From: a bacterium
GTDB taxonomy: Bacteria; Sysuimicrobiota; Sysuimicrobiia; Sysuimicrobiales; Kaftiobacteriaceae
Direction of reading: 5' to 3'
Length of the DNA: 12,639 bases
Assembly: GCA_044868695.1 (NCBI GenBank)
Contig: JBIOWP010000109.1
Location: forward strand, 1-12,639
Below the pieces are notes generated by a model, which did not search any database, had not been told where the DNA came from, and saw only the letters and a list, made by a program, of their open reading frames with translations. The position numbers were made by a program, and so were the translations under genes. This document shows, piece by piece, positions 1 to 8,387 of this stretch. Within the stretch, counting starts at the first letter, position 1; every line of letters starts with the position of its first letter.

Positions 1-219
1 CGTTTCTTCATGAAAGGGTCGGCCCTCCAGGGCACGCTGCATGGCGGCGCCCTCGGTCTCGAAACGCACATCGAAGTTGAGGCCGACGAGCCGCCGGAGA
101 AGATCCGGCACCTGGTCAAAATGGGGGAGCAGATGTGCTTCACGCTCCAGTCGTTGATCAACCCGGTTCCCGTCACGACGACCGCGGCCCTCAACGGGGA
201 ACCCCTGGCCTTGGAGTAA
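1..219 (+). CDS. OsmC/Ohr-like protein, C-terminal part (5' truncated by window)
   Basis: Frame is open from base 1. The pattern 'IEVEADEPPEKIRHLVKMGEQMCFTLQSLINPVPV' resembles the OsmC C-terminal strand-helix with the conserved second Cys followed by 'SL..P'. Confidence 0.65.
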   Translation, partial: RFFMKGSALQGTLHGGALGLETHIEVEADEPPEKIRHLVKMGEQMCFTLQSLINPVPVTTTAALNGEPLALE

Positions 220-265
220 CGGGTCGCGCGGTGTGAGACGCGCATGAAAAGGACGGTGGGCACTA

Positions 266-790
266 ATGCTCGACACGTTCAAAACGTTGGTCAAGAACCA
301 GTTCGACGCAGCGCTCTGCACGCTCAACACCTGCATTGATCGATGTCCTGAGACCGTCTGGAACGCGCGCGTCGTGAACTACCTGTTTTGCCAGGTCGCA
401 TTCCACACGTTGTTTTACGCGGACTTCTATCTCGGGCAGAATGAGGAGCCGTTCCGTCGCCAACCATTTCATCTCGCCAACGAGCGTTTATTCGGCGACT
501 ACGAAGAATTCGAGGACCGCGCGCCGGTGTCGCGCTACGATAAGCCGTCAATCACAGCATACCTCGAACACTGCCGACGCAAGGCATCCGACGTGGTCGC
601 GGCGGAGACTGCGGAGACGCTCGCGGCGCGGGCCGGGTTCGAGCGGCGGGCGTTCTCCCGCGCCGAGCTGTACGTCTACAACATCCGGCACATCCAGCAC
701 CATACGTCGCATCTGAGCCTGCGGCTCAGGCTCGACGCCAACCAGGCGATCCCCTGGATTGGATCCGGGTGGCGCGAGGTTGGGAGCTAG
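266..790 (+). CDS. DinB/YfiT-like four-helix-bundle protein
   Basis: 174 aa ORF with 'CPETVW', 'QVAFHTLFYAD' and C-terminal 'YNIRHIQHH' giving the His metal triad typical of DinB. Confidence 0.8.
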   Translation: MLDTFKTLVKNQFDAALCTLNTCIDRCPETVWNARVVNYLFCQVAFHTLFYADFYLGQNEEPFRRQPFHLANERLFGDYEEFEDRAPVSRYDKPSITAYLEHCRRKASDVVAAETAETLAARAGFERRAFSRAELYVYNIRHIQHHTSHLSLRLRLDANQAIPWIGSGWREVGS

Positions 791-802
791 GGGAGGCGGT
801 CG

Positions 803-1225
803 ATGACGCACGTACCCAGCGGGGCATCGGGAGCGTCCCAAATCTCCATCACGCCGATGCTCTCGGTGAGAAACGGCGCGCGAGCCATCGCCTTCTACAA
901 GGAGGCGTTTGGAGCGACCGAGTTGACACGTTTCGCGCGCCCCGACGGGGGAGTGGTTGCCGAGCTAACGATTGAAGGCGCGAAGATCGGAGTCGCCGAC
1001 GAGTCGCCCGAAGCTTTCAACTTTAGCCCGGAGTCGCTCGGTGGCACATCGGTGCGAATCAACCTGGTCGTCGCAGATCCCGACGCCGTGGCCAGCCGCG
1101 CCGTGGCCGCCGGCGCGCGGCTGCTCTTTCCGGTGGCCGACCAGGCTTACGGTTGGCGGCAGGGACGCGTGGTGGATCCGTTCGGACACCACTGGCTGAT
1201 CGGCAGGCCCCTGGAAAAGAGGTGA
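803..1225 (+). CDS. VOC/glyoxalase family protein (PhnB-like)
   Basis: 'ITPMLSVRNGARAIAFYKEAFGA', 'GGTSVRINLVVADPDA', 'YGWRQGRVVDPFGHHW'. GGAGG SD just upstream. Confidence 0.9.
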   Translation: MTHVPSGASGASQISITPMLSVRNGARAIAFYKEAFGATELTRFARPDGGVVAELTIEGAKIGVADESPEAFNFSPESLGGTSVRINLVVADPDAVASRAVAAGARLLFPVADQAYGWRQGRVVDPFGHHWLIGRPLEKR

Positions 1226-1230
1226 AGGCT

Positions 1231-1638
1231 ATGAAGGCACAACGAGTCGTCATCCTGCTGACCGCGATCAACCTTGTGCTCTTGCTGCTAACCGTGATGC
1301 AGGCGAGGTCTATGGCAGCGCAGAGCGTCACTCCGATCCTGCGTGCTGGCGCGCTCGAGTTAGTGGACGAGCACGGTGTGGTTCGCGCGCGACTCAACGT
1401 GAAAGGCGGTTCAAGCGGTCCAATTGAACTCGATCTGTTCGACAAAGACGGGATCATCCGCGTGAAGCTTGGCGCGGGCGAGGACGGCTCAGGATTGGTG
1501 CTTTCTGAGGGAGGAACGGACGCCTCCCGCGGTTATGTACAAATCATTGCCAGGCAGACGGGTACTGCCGCGCAGCCGGCCACGACCGGCATCACATTGA
1601 GGGGTGCAGACGGCCGGCAGCGCGTGATCAGGCCCTGA
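1231..1638 (+). CDS. Hypothetical membrane-anchored/secreted beta-rich protein
   Basis: ATG at 1231 follows the VOC stop, with GAGGTG SD. Hydrophobic N-terminus, then repeated 'L.L.D..G..R..L' units (LELVDEHGVVRARL, LDLFDKDGIIRVKL, ITLRGADGRQRVI). Confidence 0.7.
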   Translation: MKAQRVVILLTAINLVLLLLTVMQARSMAAQSVTPILRAGALELVDEHGVVRARLNVKGGSSGPIELDLFDKDGIIRVKLGAGEDGSGLVLSEGGTDASRGYVQIIARQTGTAAQPATTGITLRGADGRQRVIRP

Positions 1639-1672
1639 CCCGTCCGGCATCTCACGATCGTCCCTCGGCATC

Positions 1673-1738
1673 CTTTATGGAATCTTCACAGGACGTTTAA
1701 AGGTTCATTATCCCTCCCCAACAATCGTCTGCTAGGTT
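1673..1738 (+). promoter_or_regulatory. Putative promoter with 11-bp-periodic direct repeats (OmpR/PhoB-type box) and extended -10
   Basis: CTTTAT(1673), CTTCAC(1684), GTTTAA(1695), CATTAT(1706) at exact 11-bp spacing, in an AT-rich intergenic region. TG-C-TAGGTT at 1730-1738. Confidence 0.4.
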
Positions 1739-1794
1739 CACTTCGGGATCCACAGGTGGGCCCGGCGGAGCGTGGGGTCACAAGGAGGGATACG

Positions 1795-2028
1795 ATGAGG
1801 GATCTCAGGGTGCTTGTGGGAGTTTCTTTGACCGTCGTTTTGCTGAGCGCAGTCGCCGCCCCTGCATTCGCCAGCAACGTCTGCCCAGTCATAGGGGGGC
1901 CAAACAACCCCGAAATCAAGTCCACTCCGGCAGAGGTACCTGACAAGGCAGGGAACCCTGCCCACGGGACTCAGGACGCCGATGGGACCCCGGTAAGTCC
2001 GCAGCCGGGCGACGCCTTCTGGAACTGA
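1795..2028 (+). CDS. Small secreted protein (77 aa, Sec signal peptide)
   Basis: Strong AGGAGG SD at 1783-1788. Signal peptide MRDLRVLVGVSLTVVLLSAVAAPAFA with an A-F-A cleavage motif. Followed by a terminator. Confidence 0.75.
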   Translation: MRDLRVLVGVSLTVVLLSAVAAPAFASNVCPVIGGPNNPEIKSTPAEVPDKAGNPAHGTQDADGTPVSPQPGDAFWN

Positions 2029-2065
2029 TTTACATCCCCACCGCGCCCGAGCTCATCTAGATCCC

Positions 2066-2105
2066 CCACAGCGCGGCCGGTCGGCTGCGCTGTGGCATTT
2101 TCATT
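2066..2105 (+). terminator. Intrinsic terminator
   Basis: CCACAGCGCGGCC / GGCTGCGCTGTGG 13-bp stem (one G-U) with a GGTC loop, followed by CATTTTCATT. Confidence 0.75.
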
Positions 2106-2231
2106 GACCCTTTGTGTCCGCGCGCCCGCGGCCATTTTCATGTGTGCGTGAGTGTTCGGTAGGATTGCGAGGTCCGCCGATGAAGAAACGAACTCGACGC
2201 AGTGTGAAGGCCTGACACTCTGGAGGCGTTA

Positions 2232-2816
2232 ATGCGACTGGCGGTACGGCCTCTGACGAGGGATCGGTGGGGGGATCTGGTCGACCTCTTCAGCCGGCCC
2301 GGAGGGTCAATCGTCCGGGGCTGCTGGTGTATGTACTACCGGAAGGTGGGGGCACGTGCCGATGGTCCTGCCGGCGAGGCCAACAAGCGGGCCATGAAGT
2401 CGCTCGTGGACCGCGGGACGGTGCCGGGGCTCATTGCCTACAGAGACCGACGGCCTGTCGGCTGGATCTCCCTGGGTCCCCGCGAGGACTACCCGCGGCT
2501 GGAGCGCTCCCGGGTAATGAAGCGCGTCGACGAGAAGCCGGTCTGGTCGATCGTGTGTTTCTTCGTCGATTCGCAAGAACGGGGTCAGGGCATCACGAGA
2601 GCGTTGCTGCGGGGGGCGATCGCCTACGCCCGGTCGAAGGGCGCCACGCTGCTCGAGGCGTATCCCATCGACAAGAAGGCGCGGAGCCACCCAGACTTCA
2701 TGTGGTTCGGAGCCAAGCACCTATTCGACCGGGCGGGCTTCAGGGAGGTCGCCCGCCGAAAGGAAACTCGGCCGGTCGTCCGCCGCGGCCTGCGCCCACA
2801 GAGGGCTCCCAGATAG
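2232..2816 (+). CDS. GNAT family N-acetyltransferase
   Basis: 'CWCMYYR', 'VWSIVCFFVDSQERGQGITRALLRGA' (motif A, R-x-x-G-x-T), 'LEAYP', 'FDRAGF'. GGAGG SD. Confidence 0.9.
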   Translation: MRLAVRPLTRDRWGDLVDLFSRPGGSIVRGCWCMYYRKVGARADGPAGEANKRAMKSLVDRGTVPGLIAYRDRRPVGWISLGPREDYPRLERSRVMKRVDEKPVWSIVCFFVDSQERGQGITRALLRGAIAYARSKGATLLEAYPIDKKARSHPDFMWFGAKHLFDRAGFREVARRKETRPVVRRGLRPQRAPR

Positions 2817-2818
2817 CG

Positions 2819-3289
2819 ATGCAGCTCCTGCTGAAGAATCTGGTCTTCACCTTGCTCATCCCGGGGTCGGTTGCCGTCTACCTCCCGCTGCTGATCGTGC
2901 GGCGCACCGCTGCGCTCTGGCGGATCGATATCGCCTCTGTGGTGGGGGTGCTGCTGGTCATGCTCGGGGCAGGCCTGTACCTGTGGTGTCTGCGGGAATT
3001 CACCGTCACGGGCCGCGGTACGCCGGCACCCATCGACGCGCCGACCCGGCTGGTCATGGGCGGACCCTATCAGTACGTGCGCAACCCGATGTACGTGGCG
3101 CTCCTGGTGATGGTCGTTGGTTGGAGCGTGGCGTTCCTCGTTCCGCTGCTCCTCGTCTACGCCGCCATGATTGCCGCGGCATTCCATCTCTTCGTGATCT
3201 TCTACGAGGAGCCGACCCTGCGCGGGCAGTTCGGCGAAGACTACGAGCAGTACACGAACCTGGTGAACCGATGGGTGCCCTGGCCGTGA
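2819..3289 (+). CDS. Isoprenylcysteine carboxylmethyltransferase (ICMT/Ste14/PEMT)-family membrane methyltransferase
   Basis: 'GRGTPAPIDAPTRLVMGGPYQYVRNPMY', 'YEEPTLRGQFGEDYEQY...VNRW'. ATG 2 nt after the GNAT stop. Confidence 0.88.
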   Translation: MQLLLKNLVFTLLIPGSVAVYLPLLIVRRTAALWRIDIASVVGVLLVMLGAGLYLWCLREFTVTGRGTPAPIDAPTRLVMGGPYQYVRNPMYVALLVMVVGWSVAFLVPLLLVYAAMIAAAFHLFVIFYEEPTLRGQFGEDYEQYTNLVNRWVPWP

Positions 3290-3753
3290 TGGCAGAGCAG
3301 CAACCACCTTCCCCGCGATTCTACCCGCCGATTCTCTTGTTGTTCTCGATCATCCTGATGGTTGGGCTGCACTATGCGGTTCCGGTCGCGCGATGGCTGT
3401 CATGGCCGTGGCGGGCGTCTGGTGCGGTGCCTGTGGCGGCAGGTCTGCTCCTGGGCCTGGCGGCAAGCAGGCACTTCACGCGACACGACACGACCATTGT
3501 CCCGTTTGAGCAATCGAGCGAACTGATCACCGAGGGGCCATACCGGTACACCAGGAATCCCCTCTATCTCTCGATGACCCTCATGCTGATCGGACTCTGG
3601 GTCTTCCTGGGAAGCCTGTCCCCGGCGGTGGTCGTCCCGCTGTTCGTGTGGTGGATCGCGACCCGGTTCGTCGCGAAAGAAGAGCGTCACCTCGAAGCCC
3701 AGTTTGGCCCGGCCTACCGAGCGTACAGAGCGAAGGTCCGCCGATGGTTCTAG
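3289..3753 (+). CDS. Second ICMT/Ste14/PEMT-family membrane methyltransferase
   Basis: 'LITEGPYRYTRNPLYL', 'EERHLEAQFGPAYRAYRAKVRRW'. TGATG stop/start overlap with the upstream paralog. Confidence 0.88.
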   Translation: MAEQQPPSPRFYPPILLLFSIILMVGLHYAVPVARWLSWPWRASGAVPVAAGLLLGLAASRHFTRHDTTIVPFEQSSELITEGPYRYTRNPLYLSMTLMLIGLWVFLGSLSPAVVVPLFVWWIATRFVAKEERHLEAQFGPAYRAYRAKVRRWF

Positions 3754-3799
3754 CCCCCGCCGTCAAGGTGTCCGTGACGGCGGATCGGAGGTGGTAGGA

Positions 3800-4192
3800 A
3801 TGATTCGCGGGGTCCACGCCATGTTCTATACACCCGCTGCCGAGGAGCTGCGGGCGTTTCTTCGTGACAAGCTGCGCTTTCCGTTCACCGACACGGGCGG
3901 AGGCTGGCTCATTTTCGACGCTCCGGCGGGGGAGGTCGGGGTCCATCCCCATGACCGGAAGGGTCACGGCATCTCGTTCTATTGTGACGACCTCCTCAAA
4001 ACCATGGAAGAGTTGAAGCGCCGCGGCGTGGAGTTCACCACGGGCATCATCGAGGAGGCTTGGGGATCGGTGGCCCGGTTCCGGATACCCGGCGGAGACG
4101 ATGTTGACCTCTATCAGCCCAAATACGTCAAACGACATTCTCGCGGCCGCCGGACGACCCGTCCTGCGGGCCGGAAGCGCACAAGGAGGTAA
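3800..4192 (+). CDS. VOC family (extradiol dioxygenase/bleomycin-resistance-like) protein with Arg-rich tail
   Basis: '[10 protein letters not shown]', 'DTGGGWLIF', '[20 protein letters not shown]', '[12 protein letters not shown]...LYQPKY'. Confidence 0.85.
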   Translation: MIRGVHAMFYTPAAEELRAFLRDKLRFPFTDTGGGWLIFDAPAGEVGVHPHDRKGHGISFYCDDLLKTMEELKRRGVEFTTGIIEEAWGSVARFRIPGGDDVDLYQPKYVKRHSRGRRTTRPAGRKRTRR

Positions 4193-4194
4193 GG

Positions 4195-4842
4195 ATGAAG
4201 ATCGGAGTTTTGGGGACCGGCATGGTTGGCACCACTATCGGGACAAAGCTCGTGCAGCTAGGCCATGACGTCATGATGGGGTCTCGCTCGAAAACGAATG
4301 AGAAGGCCGCAGCGTGGGTGAAGGCGAGCGGTCCCAGGGCGTCACAAGGCACCTTTGCGGACGCGACCAGGTTTGGCGAGATTCTCTTCAACTGTACGCA
4401 CGGCATGGCCTCGCTGGAGGCTCTGAAGATGGCGGGCGCGGAGAATCTGAGAGGCAAGATCCTACTCGACCTCTCCAATCCCCTGGACTTCTCGAAGGGC
4501 ATGCCTCCGACCCTGTCGGTATGCAACACCGATTCACTCGCCGAACAGATCCAGCGCATGTTCCCCGACGCGAAGGTGGTCAAGACGCTCAATACGATGA
4601 ACTGCAAGCTGATGGTGAATCCCTCCCTGGTCCCTGGCGATCATGACGTCTTCGTGAGTGGAAATGACAAGACCGCCAAAGCGAAAGTCAGCGAGATCCT
4701 GAAGAGCTGGTTCGGCTGGAAGACGGTCATCGACCTGGGCGATATCTCGACAGCCCGAGGCGTGGAGCAGCTACTGCCACTCTGGCTGCGCCTGCTGGGC
4801 AATTTCGGGACGGCGAACTTCAATATCAAGATCGTGAAATGA
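4195..4842 (+). CDS. NADP oxidoreductase, F420H2:NADP+ oxidoreductase (FNO)-like family
   Basis: Rossmann '[12 protein letters not shown]', 'GSR' NADP motif, '[10 protein letters not shown]', 'SLAEQIQ...AKVVKTLN', 'IDLGDI..AR'. AGGAGGT SD. Confidence 0.85.
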   Translation: MKIGVLGTGMVGTTIGTKLVQLGHDVMMGSRSKTNEKAAAWVKASGPRASQGTFADATRFGEILFNCTHGMASLEALKMAGAENLRGKILLDLSNPLDFSKGMPPTLSVCNTDSLAEQIQRMFPDAKVVKTLNTMNCKLMVNPSLVPGDHDVFVSGNDKTAKAKVSEILKSWFGWKTVIDLGDISTARGVEQLLPLWLRLLGNFGTANFNIKIVK

Positions 4843-5318
4843 GAGCGGCGACGGTCCTCTGGCGGCTGCACCGGTGGGCATACCGGATCAGCGCCGGACG
4901 AGTGGGCGGCCGGCTGCTGGGTGTGCCCGTGCTTTTGCTCACCACCACCGGCCGGCGCACCGGTCGGCTGCACACAACAGCGCTCACCCATCTCGTGGAA
5001 GGCCGGAACGTGGTCGTCATTGCCTCTAACGGCGGGGCGCCGAACCACCCGGCATGGCTGCTCAACCTGCGGGCGCGCCCAGAGGCAGAAATCCAGGTTG
5101 GAGGGCAACGCCGGCGCGTGCGTGCCCGAGAAGCCAACGGCGCCGAACGCGAGCGGTTCTGGACCCGCGTCGTCCAGGCCATGCCGCGATACGCCGACTA
5201 CAAAGCGCGTACGTCCCGCCGGATTCCTGTCGTGGTCCTCGAGCCCATCGACAGGCTGCCGGGAGAGACTCCTGACCACCGCGCGCACCCATCAGGTATC
5301 ATGAAGAGCAAGGAGTAG
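4839..5318 (+). CDS. Deazaflavin (F420)-dependent nitroreductase/oxidoreductase, Ddn/FDOR-A family
   Basis: '[13 protein letters not shown]', '[23 protein letters not shown]', '[19 protein letters not shown]'. ATGA overlap with the upstream gene. Confidence 0.92.
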   Translation: MRAATVLWRLHRWAYRISAGRVGGRLLGVPVLLLTTTGRRTGRLHTTALTHLVEGRNVVVIASNGGAPNHPAWLLNLRARPEAEIQVGGQRRRVRAREANGAERERFWTRVVQAMPRYADYKARTSRRIPVVVLEPIDRLPGETPDHRAHPSGIMKSKE

Positions 5319-5332
5319 AGGAGGAGGACCAC

Positions 5333-5875
5333 ATGCGCAAGGAAGTTGCGACCCTGGCCGGAGGGTGCTTCTGGTGCCTGGAAGCCGTGTTCGACGATCT
5401 GGAGGGTGTGGAAGACGTCGTCTCAGGATACTCCGGCGGCGACGTTCCCAACCCCAGCTATAAGCACGTCTGCACCGGGGAGACGGGCCATGCCGAGGTC
5501 GTGCAAGTCGCGTTCAACCCGGACGTGCTCTCCTACCAGGATCTGCTGAAGGTGTTCTTTGCCATTCACGACCCCACAACCCTCAACCGCCAGGGCGGTG
5601 ACGTGGGGACGCAGTACCGCTCGGCCATCTTCACGCACAGCGAAGAGCAGGAGAAAGTCGCGGAGCAGGTCATCACGGAGCTCAACGACGCCGGCATCTG
5701 GGATGAGCCGATCGTCACCGAGATCGTCCCGCTTGGGGCATTCTATCCGGCCGAGGACTACCATCAGGAGTACTTCCGGCGGAATCCCAATCAGGGATAC
5801 TGCCGCGTCGTCGTTGCGCCGAAGGTGGCCAAGTTCCGCAAGCAGTTTCTGGACCGGCTGAAGAAGGCCGGCTGA
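5333..5875 (+). CDS. msrA: Peptide-methionine (S)-S-oxide reductase
   Basis: Catalytic 'GGCFWC', '[14 protein letters not shown]', '[22 protein letters not shown]', '[11 protein letters not shown]', 'GYC'. GGAGGAGG SD. Confidence 0.98.
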   Translation: MRKEVATLAGGCFWCLEAVFDDLEGVEDVVSGYSGGDVPNPSYKHVCTGETGHAEVVQVAFNPDVLSYQDLLKVFFAIHDPTTLNRQGGDVGTQYRSAIFTHSEEQEKVAEQVITELNDAGIWDEPIVTEIVPLGAFYPAEDYHQEYFRRNPNQGYCRVVVAPKVAKFRKQFLDRLKKAG

Positions 5876-5877
5876 GG

Positions 5878-6360
5878 GTGGCCGTGGAGCCGAAGGCCGT
5901 TCAGGATTTCTATCCCGAGGATTTGAACCGGTGTTACGGGTGCGGTCAGAAGAATGAGCACGGCCTGCGTCTGAGGACGCTGGTGGTCGGTGAGGAGACT
6001 GTGGCCACCTTCATGCCCCAGCCCTATCACACGGCGATTCAGGGGTACGTCTATGGAGGGCTGATCGCGTCGCTCATCGATTGCCACGGCACGGGAACGG
6101 CCGCCGCCGCGGCATACCGCGCCGCCGGTCGCGCGGTGGGGTCAGACCCGCCATTTCGCTTTGTGACTGCGTCGCTGCACGTCAATTACGAGAAACCCAC
6201 ACCGATCGCCGTTCCCCTGGAGCTCCGGGGTCGGGCGAAAGAGGTCAAAGGGCGGAAAGTGGTCGTGGAGGTCACGCTGTCCGCCCGCGGCCAGGTCTGC
6301 GCCCGGGGTGAGGTGGTGGCGGTGCAGCTCCCCGCAGAGATGGCGGGCCCCCGTGGATAG
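5878..6360 (+). CDS. PaaI/hotdog-fold thioesterase
   Basis: 'CYGCG..NEHGL', 'VYGGLIASLIDCH', 'VTASLHVNYEKPTP'. GTG start 2 nt after the msrA stop. Confidence 0.88.
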   Translation: MAVEPKAVQDFYPEDLNRCYGCGQKNEHGLRLRTLVVGEETVATFMPQPYHTAIQGYVYGGLIASLIDCHGTGTAAAAAYRAAGRAVGSDPPFRFVTASLHVNYEKPTPIAVPLELRGRAKEVKGRKVVVEVTLSARGQVCARGEVVAVQLPAEMAGPRG

Positions 6361-6416
6361 CCGGCGACTGATCCCCAATCGGCGCGGGTACGCTTCATCC
6401 AGGACTGACTCCTGGA

Positions 6417-8387
6417 GTGCTCATGAACGGCTCAACCGCGTCGGCCATCGGCCTCATCCTCGTCCCCGGGATTTTCGCATGGTGGAGCGGGTGGCGTCTT
6501 ACCCGCCTCGCTGAGCATCCTGCGCTCTCCGAGCGCCTCCAGGCGCGAAACCAGCAGGTCACGCAGCTCACGATCGGCGCGATCATTATCCTGCTGACCT
6601 TTGTCCGGCATCACGCGGGCTGGGCAGTGCCCGGGCTCTTCCTTGCCGTGACCATCGCCAGCTTTCCCGCGCGCCGGCGGCTGCTGGATGAACGCTGGAG
6701 TCTCGGGCAGTACCTGCTCTTCCACCTGCGGCTGTGGGCGGGATGGTTCGGCCTCTGGCTAGTGGTGATGATCGCCCCGTTCGTCGTGGGCGCCGGCGCC
6801 GCGGCGCGGTGGCAGATCGCGGCCGGACTCGCGGTGGTGCTGGTGGCGTGGAACTTCGCCTATTCGAGAGTGTTCGTGCGTCTGGTCGGCGCCCGCCCCC
6901 TCCCGCTGCCCCCGCGTTTTGCCGGGATCGCGGCACAGACAAAGATCCGGACGCCGCGTTTCTTCCGGTTCGGCTCGGACGACGGCCGGGTGGTCAATGC
7001 GTTCGCGCTGCCCTCCGTGCTCACGCCCGGGGTCGCGTTCACCGCGGCCCTGATGCAGGCGCTCGACGCCGACGAGCAGGCCGCCGTCTTCGCGCACGAG
7101 GTCGCCCATCTCGAGTACTTTAACCGCCGCCGGCTCATTGCCGGCAACATGGTTCTCTCGGTGTTCATCGTGCTGGCGACGGCGGGCGCCGCCGTGGTGC
7201 CGGAAGCGTATTGGGGGTTCCTCGCCGTATGGCCGGTCGTCATGATGATCGCGCTGACGTCCGCCCTGGCCCGCCGGAAGGTCCACGAAGAGGAGAGCGA
7301 CCGCCGCGCCGTGGCGCTGTGCGGCGATCCGGAGGCTCTGGTGCGCGCGCTCGTGAAGATTACGACCCTGGCGCGCATGCCGCGGCGGTGGGGTCTCGCC
7401 TTTGAGCGCGGCGCCACCCATCCCAGCTTGGCCCGCCGGATTCAGGTGATCCGCAGCTTCTCCGGGACCGCGACGGTCCGGCCGCTGTCACAAGTGGTCT
7501 CGACGAAGACGCCCGGGATGTACGTGATCCTGGAGGCAGACCACGCCGTCTGGCTGGAGGGGGTGCCTGACGGCACGCCGCCCGAGGCCGCGGCACTGCG
7601 CCGTGGGGCGGTCAGCTCCCGGTCCCTGCGCTACGATGGGCTGCTCGAGCTGCGGCTCCGGGCCGGGATGACCGGCACGCCGGTGCTCACGGCCACGGAC
7701 CTGGGCGGCAAATCCTGGTCCGTGCCGGTGCGGGAGGACGACGTCGCGGCCGTGCAGGCCGCCCTCGACGTCGTCGACATTCGGTTCGGCCGTCCGCCGG
7801 TGGCATCCACGACCTACGCGCTGCTCGGACGGATCCTGTCGGTTCTCCTCATGCTGCTGGATCTTGTGTCGGGCGCGCGGCTTACCCCTCTGGTGACGGG
7901 GGCACTGGGATTCTGGCGTCCCGGCCGGGCCACCCTGGCCGCATCTTCGGCAGCGGCTGTCGGCACCGTGGTCGCGGCGATCACCATGCTAGGCCCCGTG
8001 CTGGGGATGCCCGGTGCCACGGCCTGGAGCTGGCGCCATACGGGATTCAATGCCGGCCTGCTCGTGGTCGCAGGGATGAGCGCCTGGCTCGCATTCCGCC
8101 GCGCCCCAGGGCTCCCCGAACGCCGGATCGATATCTTCCTGCCTTCCGCCGTGCTGGCGGCGCTAACAGTGGGCATGTGGACCCTGCTGGCCGTGAACAT
8201 ATCCACACCCTATGGCCTTGCGCTCGTGACGAATATGGTGAAAGCGGCGGCCGACACATGGCTGGCGCCCCTCGCGCTCGCCGTCATACTGCTGACGGCG
8301 CGCCATCGCGTCGCCCGCCTGGGTGGTGTGGTGATGCTTGCGGTCAGCGTGCTGCTCTATGCGTTTGGGTGGGCCGGACTGCAGTAG
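6417..8387 (+). CDS. M48 (HtpX/Ste24-like) zinc metallopeptidase with extended multi-TM C-terminus
   Basis: 'VNAFA', 'AVFAHEVAH' (HExxH), 'EEESDRRA' (third-ligand E), 'ATHPSLARRI', many hydrophobic segments. The start could be GTG 6417 or ATG 6423; GGAG precedes the ATG. Confidence 0.85.
   Translation: MLMNGSTASAIGLILVPGIFAWWSGWRLTRLAEHPALSERLQARNQQVTQLTIGAIIILLTFVRHHAGWAVPGLFLAVTIASFPARRRLLDERWSLGQYLLFHLRLWAGWFGLWLVVMIAPFVVGAGAAARWQIAAGLAVVLVAWNFAYSRVFVRLVGARPLPLPPRFAGIAAQTKIRTPRFFRFGSDDGRVVNAFALPSVLTPGVAFTAALMQALDADEQAAVFAHEVAHLEYFNRRRLIAGNMVLSVFIVLATAGAAVVPEAYWGFLAVWPVVMMIALTSALARRKVHEEESDRRAVALCGDPEALVRALVKITTLARMPRRWGLAFERGATHPSLARRIQVIRSFSGTATVRPLSQVVSTKTPGMYVILEADHAVWLEGVPDGTPPEAAALRRGAVSSRSLRYDGLLELRLRAGMTGTPVLTATDLGGKSWSVPVREDDVAAVQAALDVVDIRFGRPPVASTTYALLGRILSVLLMLLDLVSGARLTPLVTGALGFWRPGRATLAASSAAAVGTVVAAITMLGPVLGMPGATAWSWRHTGFNAGLLVVAGMSAWLAFRRAPGLPERRIDIFLPSAVLAALTVGMWTLLAVNISTPYGLALVTNMVKAAADTWLAPLALAVILLTARHRVARLGGVVMLAVSVLLYAFGWAGLQ

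Noticed and set aside
2030..2145. Short degenerate direct repeats (ATCCCCAC.GCGC, CATTTTCAT) as a CRISPR or tandem array
   Set aside because: Only two short imperfect copies each, no regular spacers and no cas genes.
2267..3799. Long N-terminal extensions in the ORF track (starts at 2267, 2983, 3704; likewise 1153 and 1756)
   Set aside because: Most overlap upstream genes. Downstream ATGs at 2819, 3289, 3800, 1231 and 1795 fit SDs, coupling and family lengths better.
1..6360. Run of small same-strand genes as an integron cassette array
   Set aside because: Most genes overlap or are only 2-46 nt apart, I saw no recurring attC (RYYYAAC...GTTRRRY) structure, and there is no integrase.
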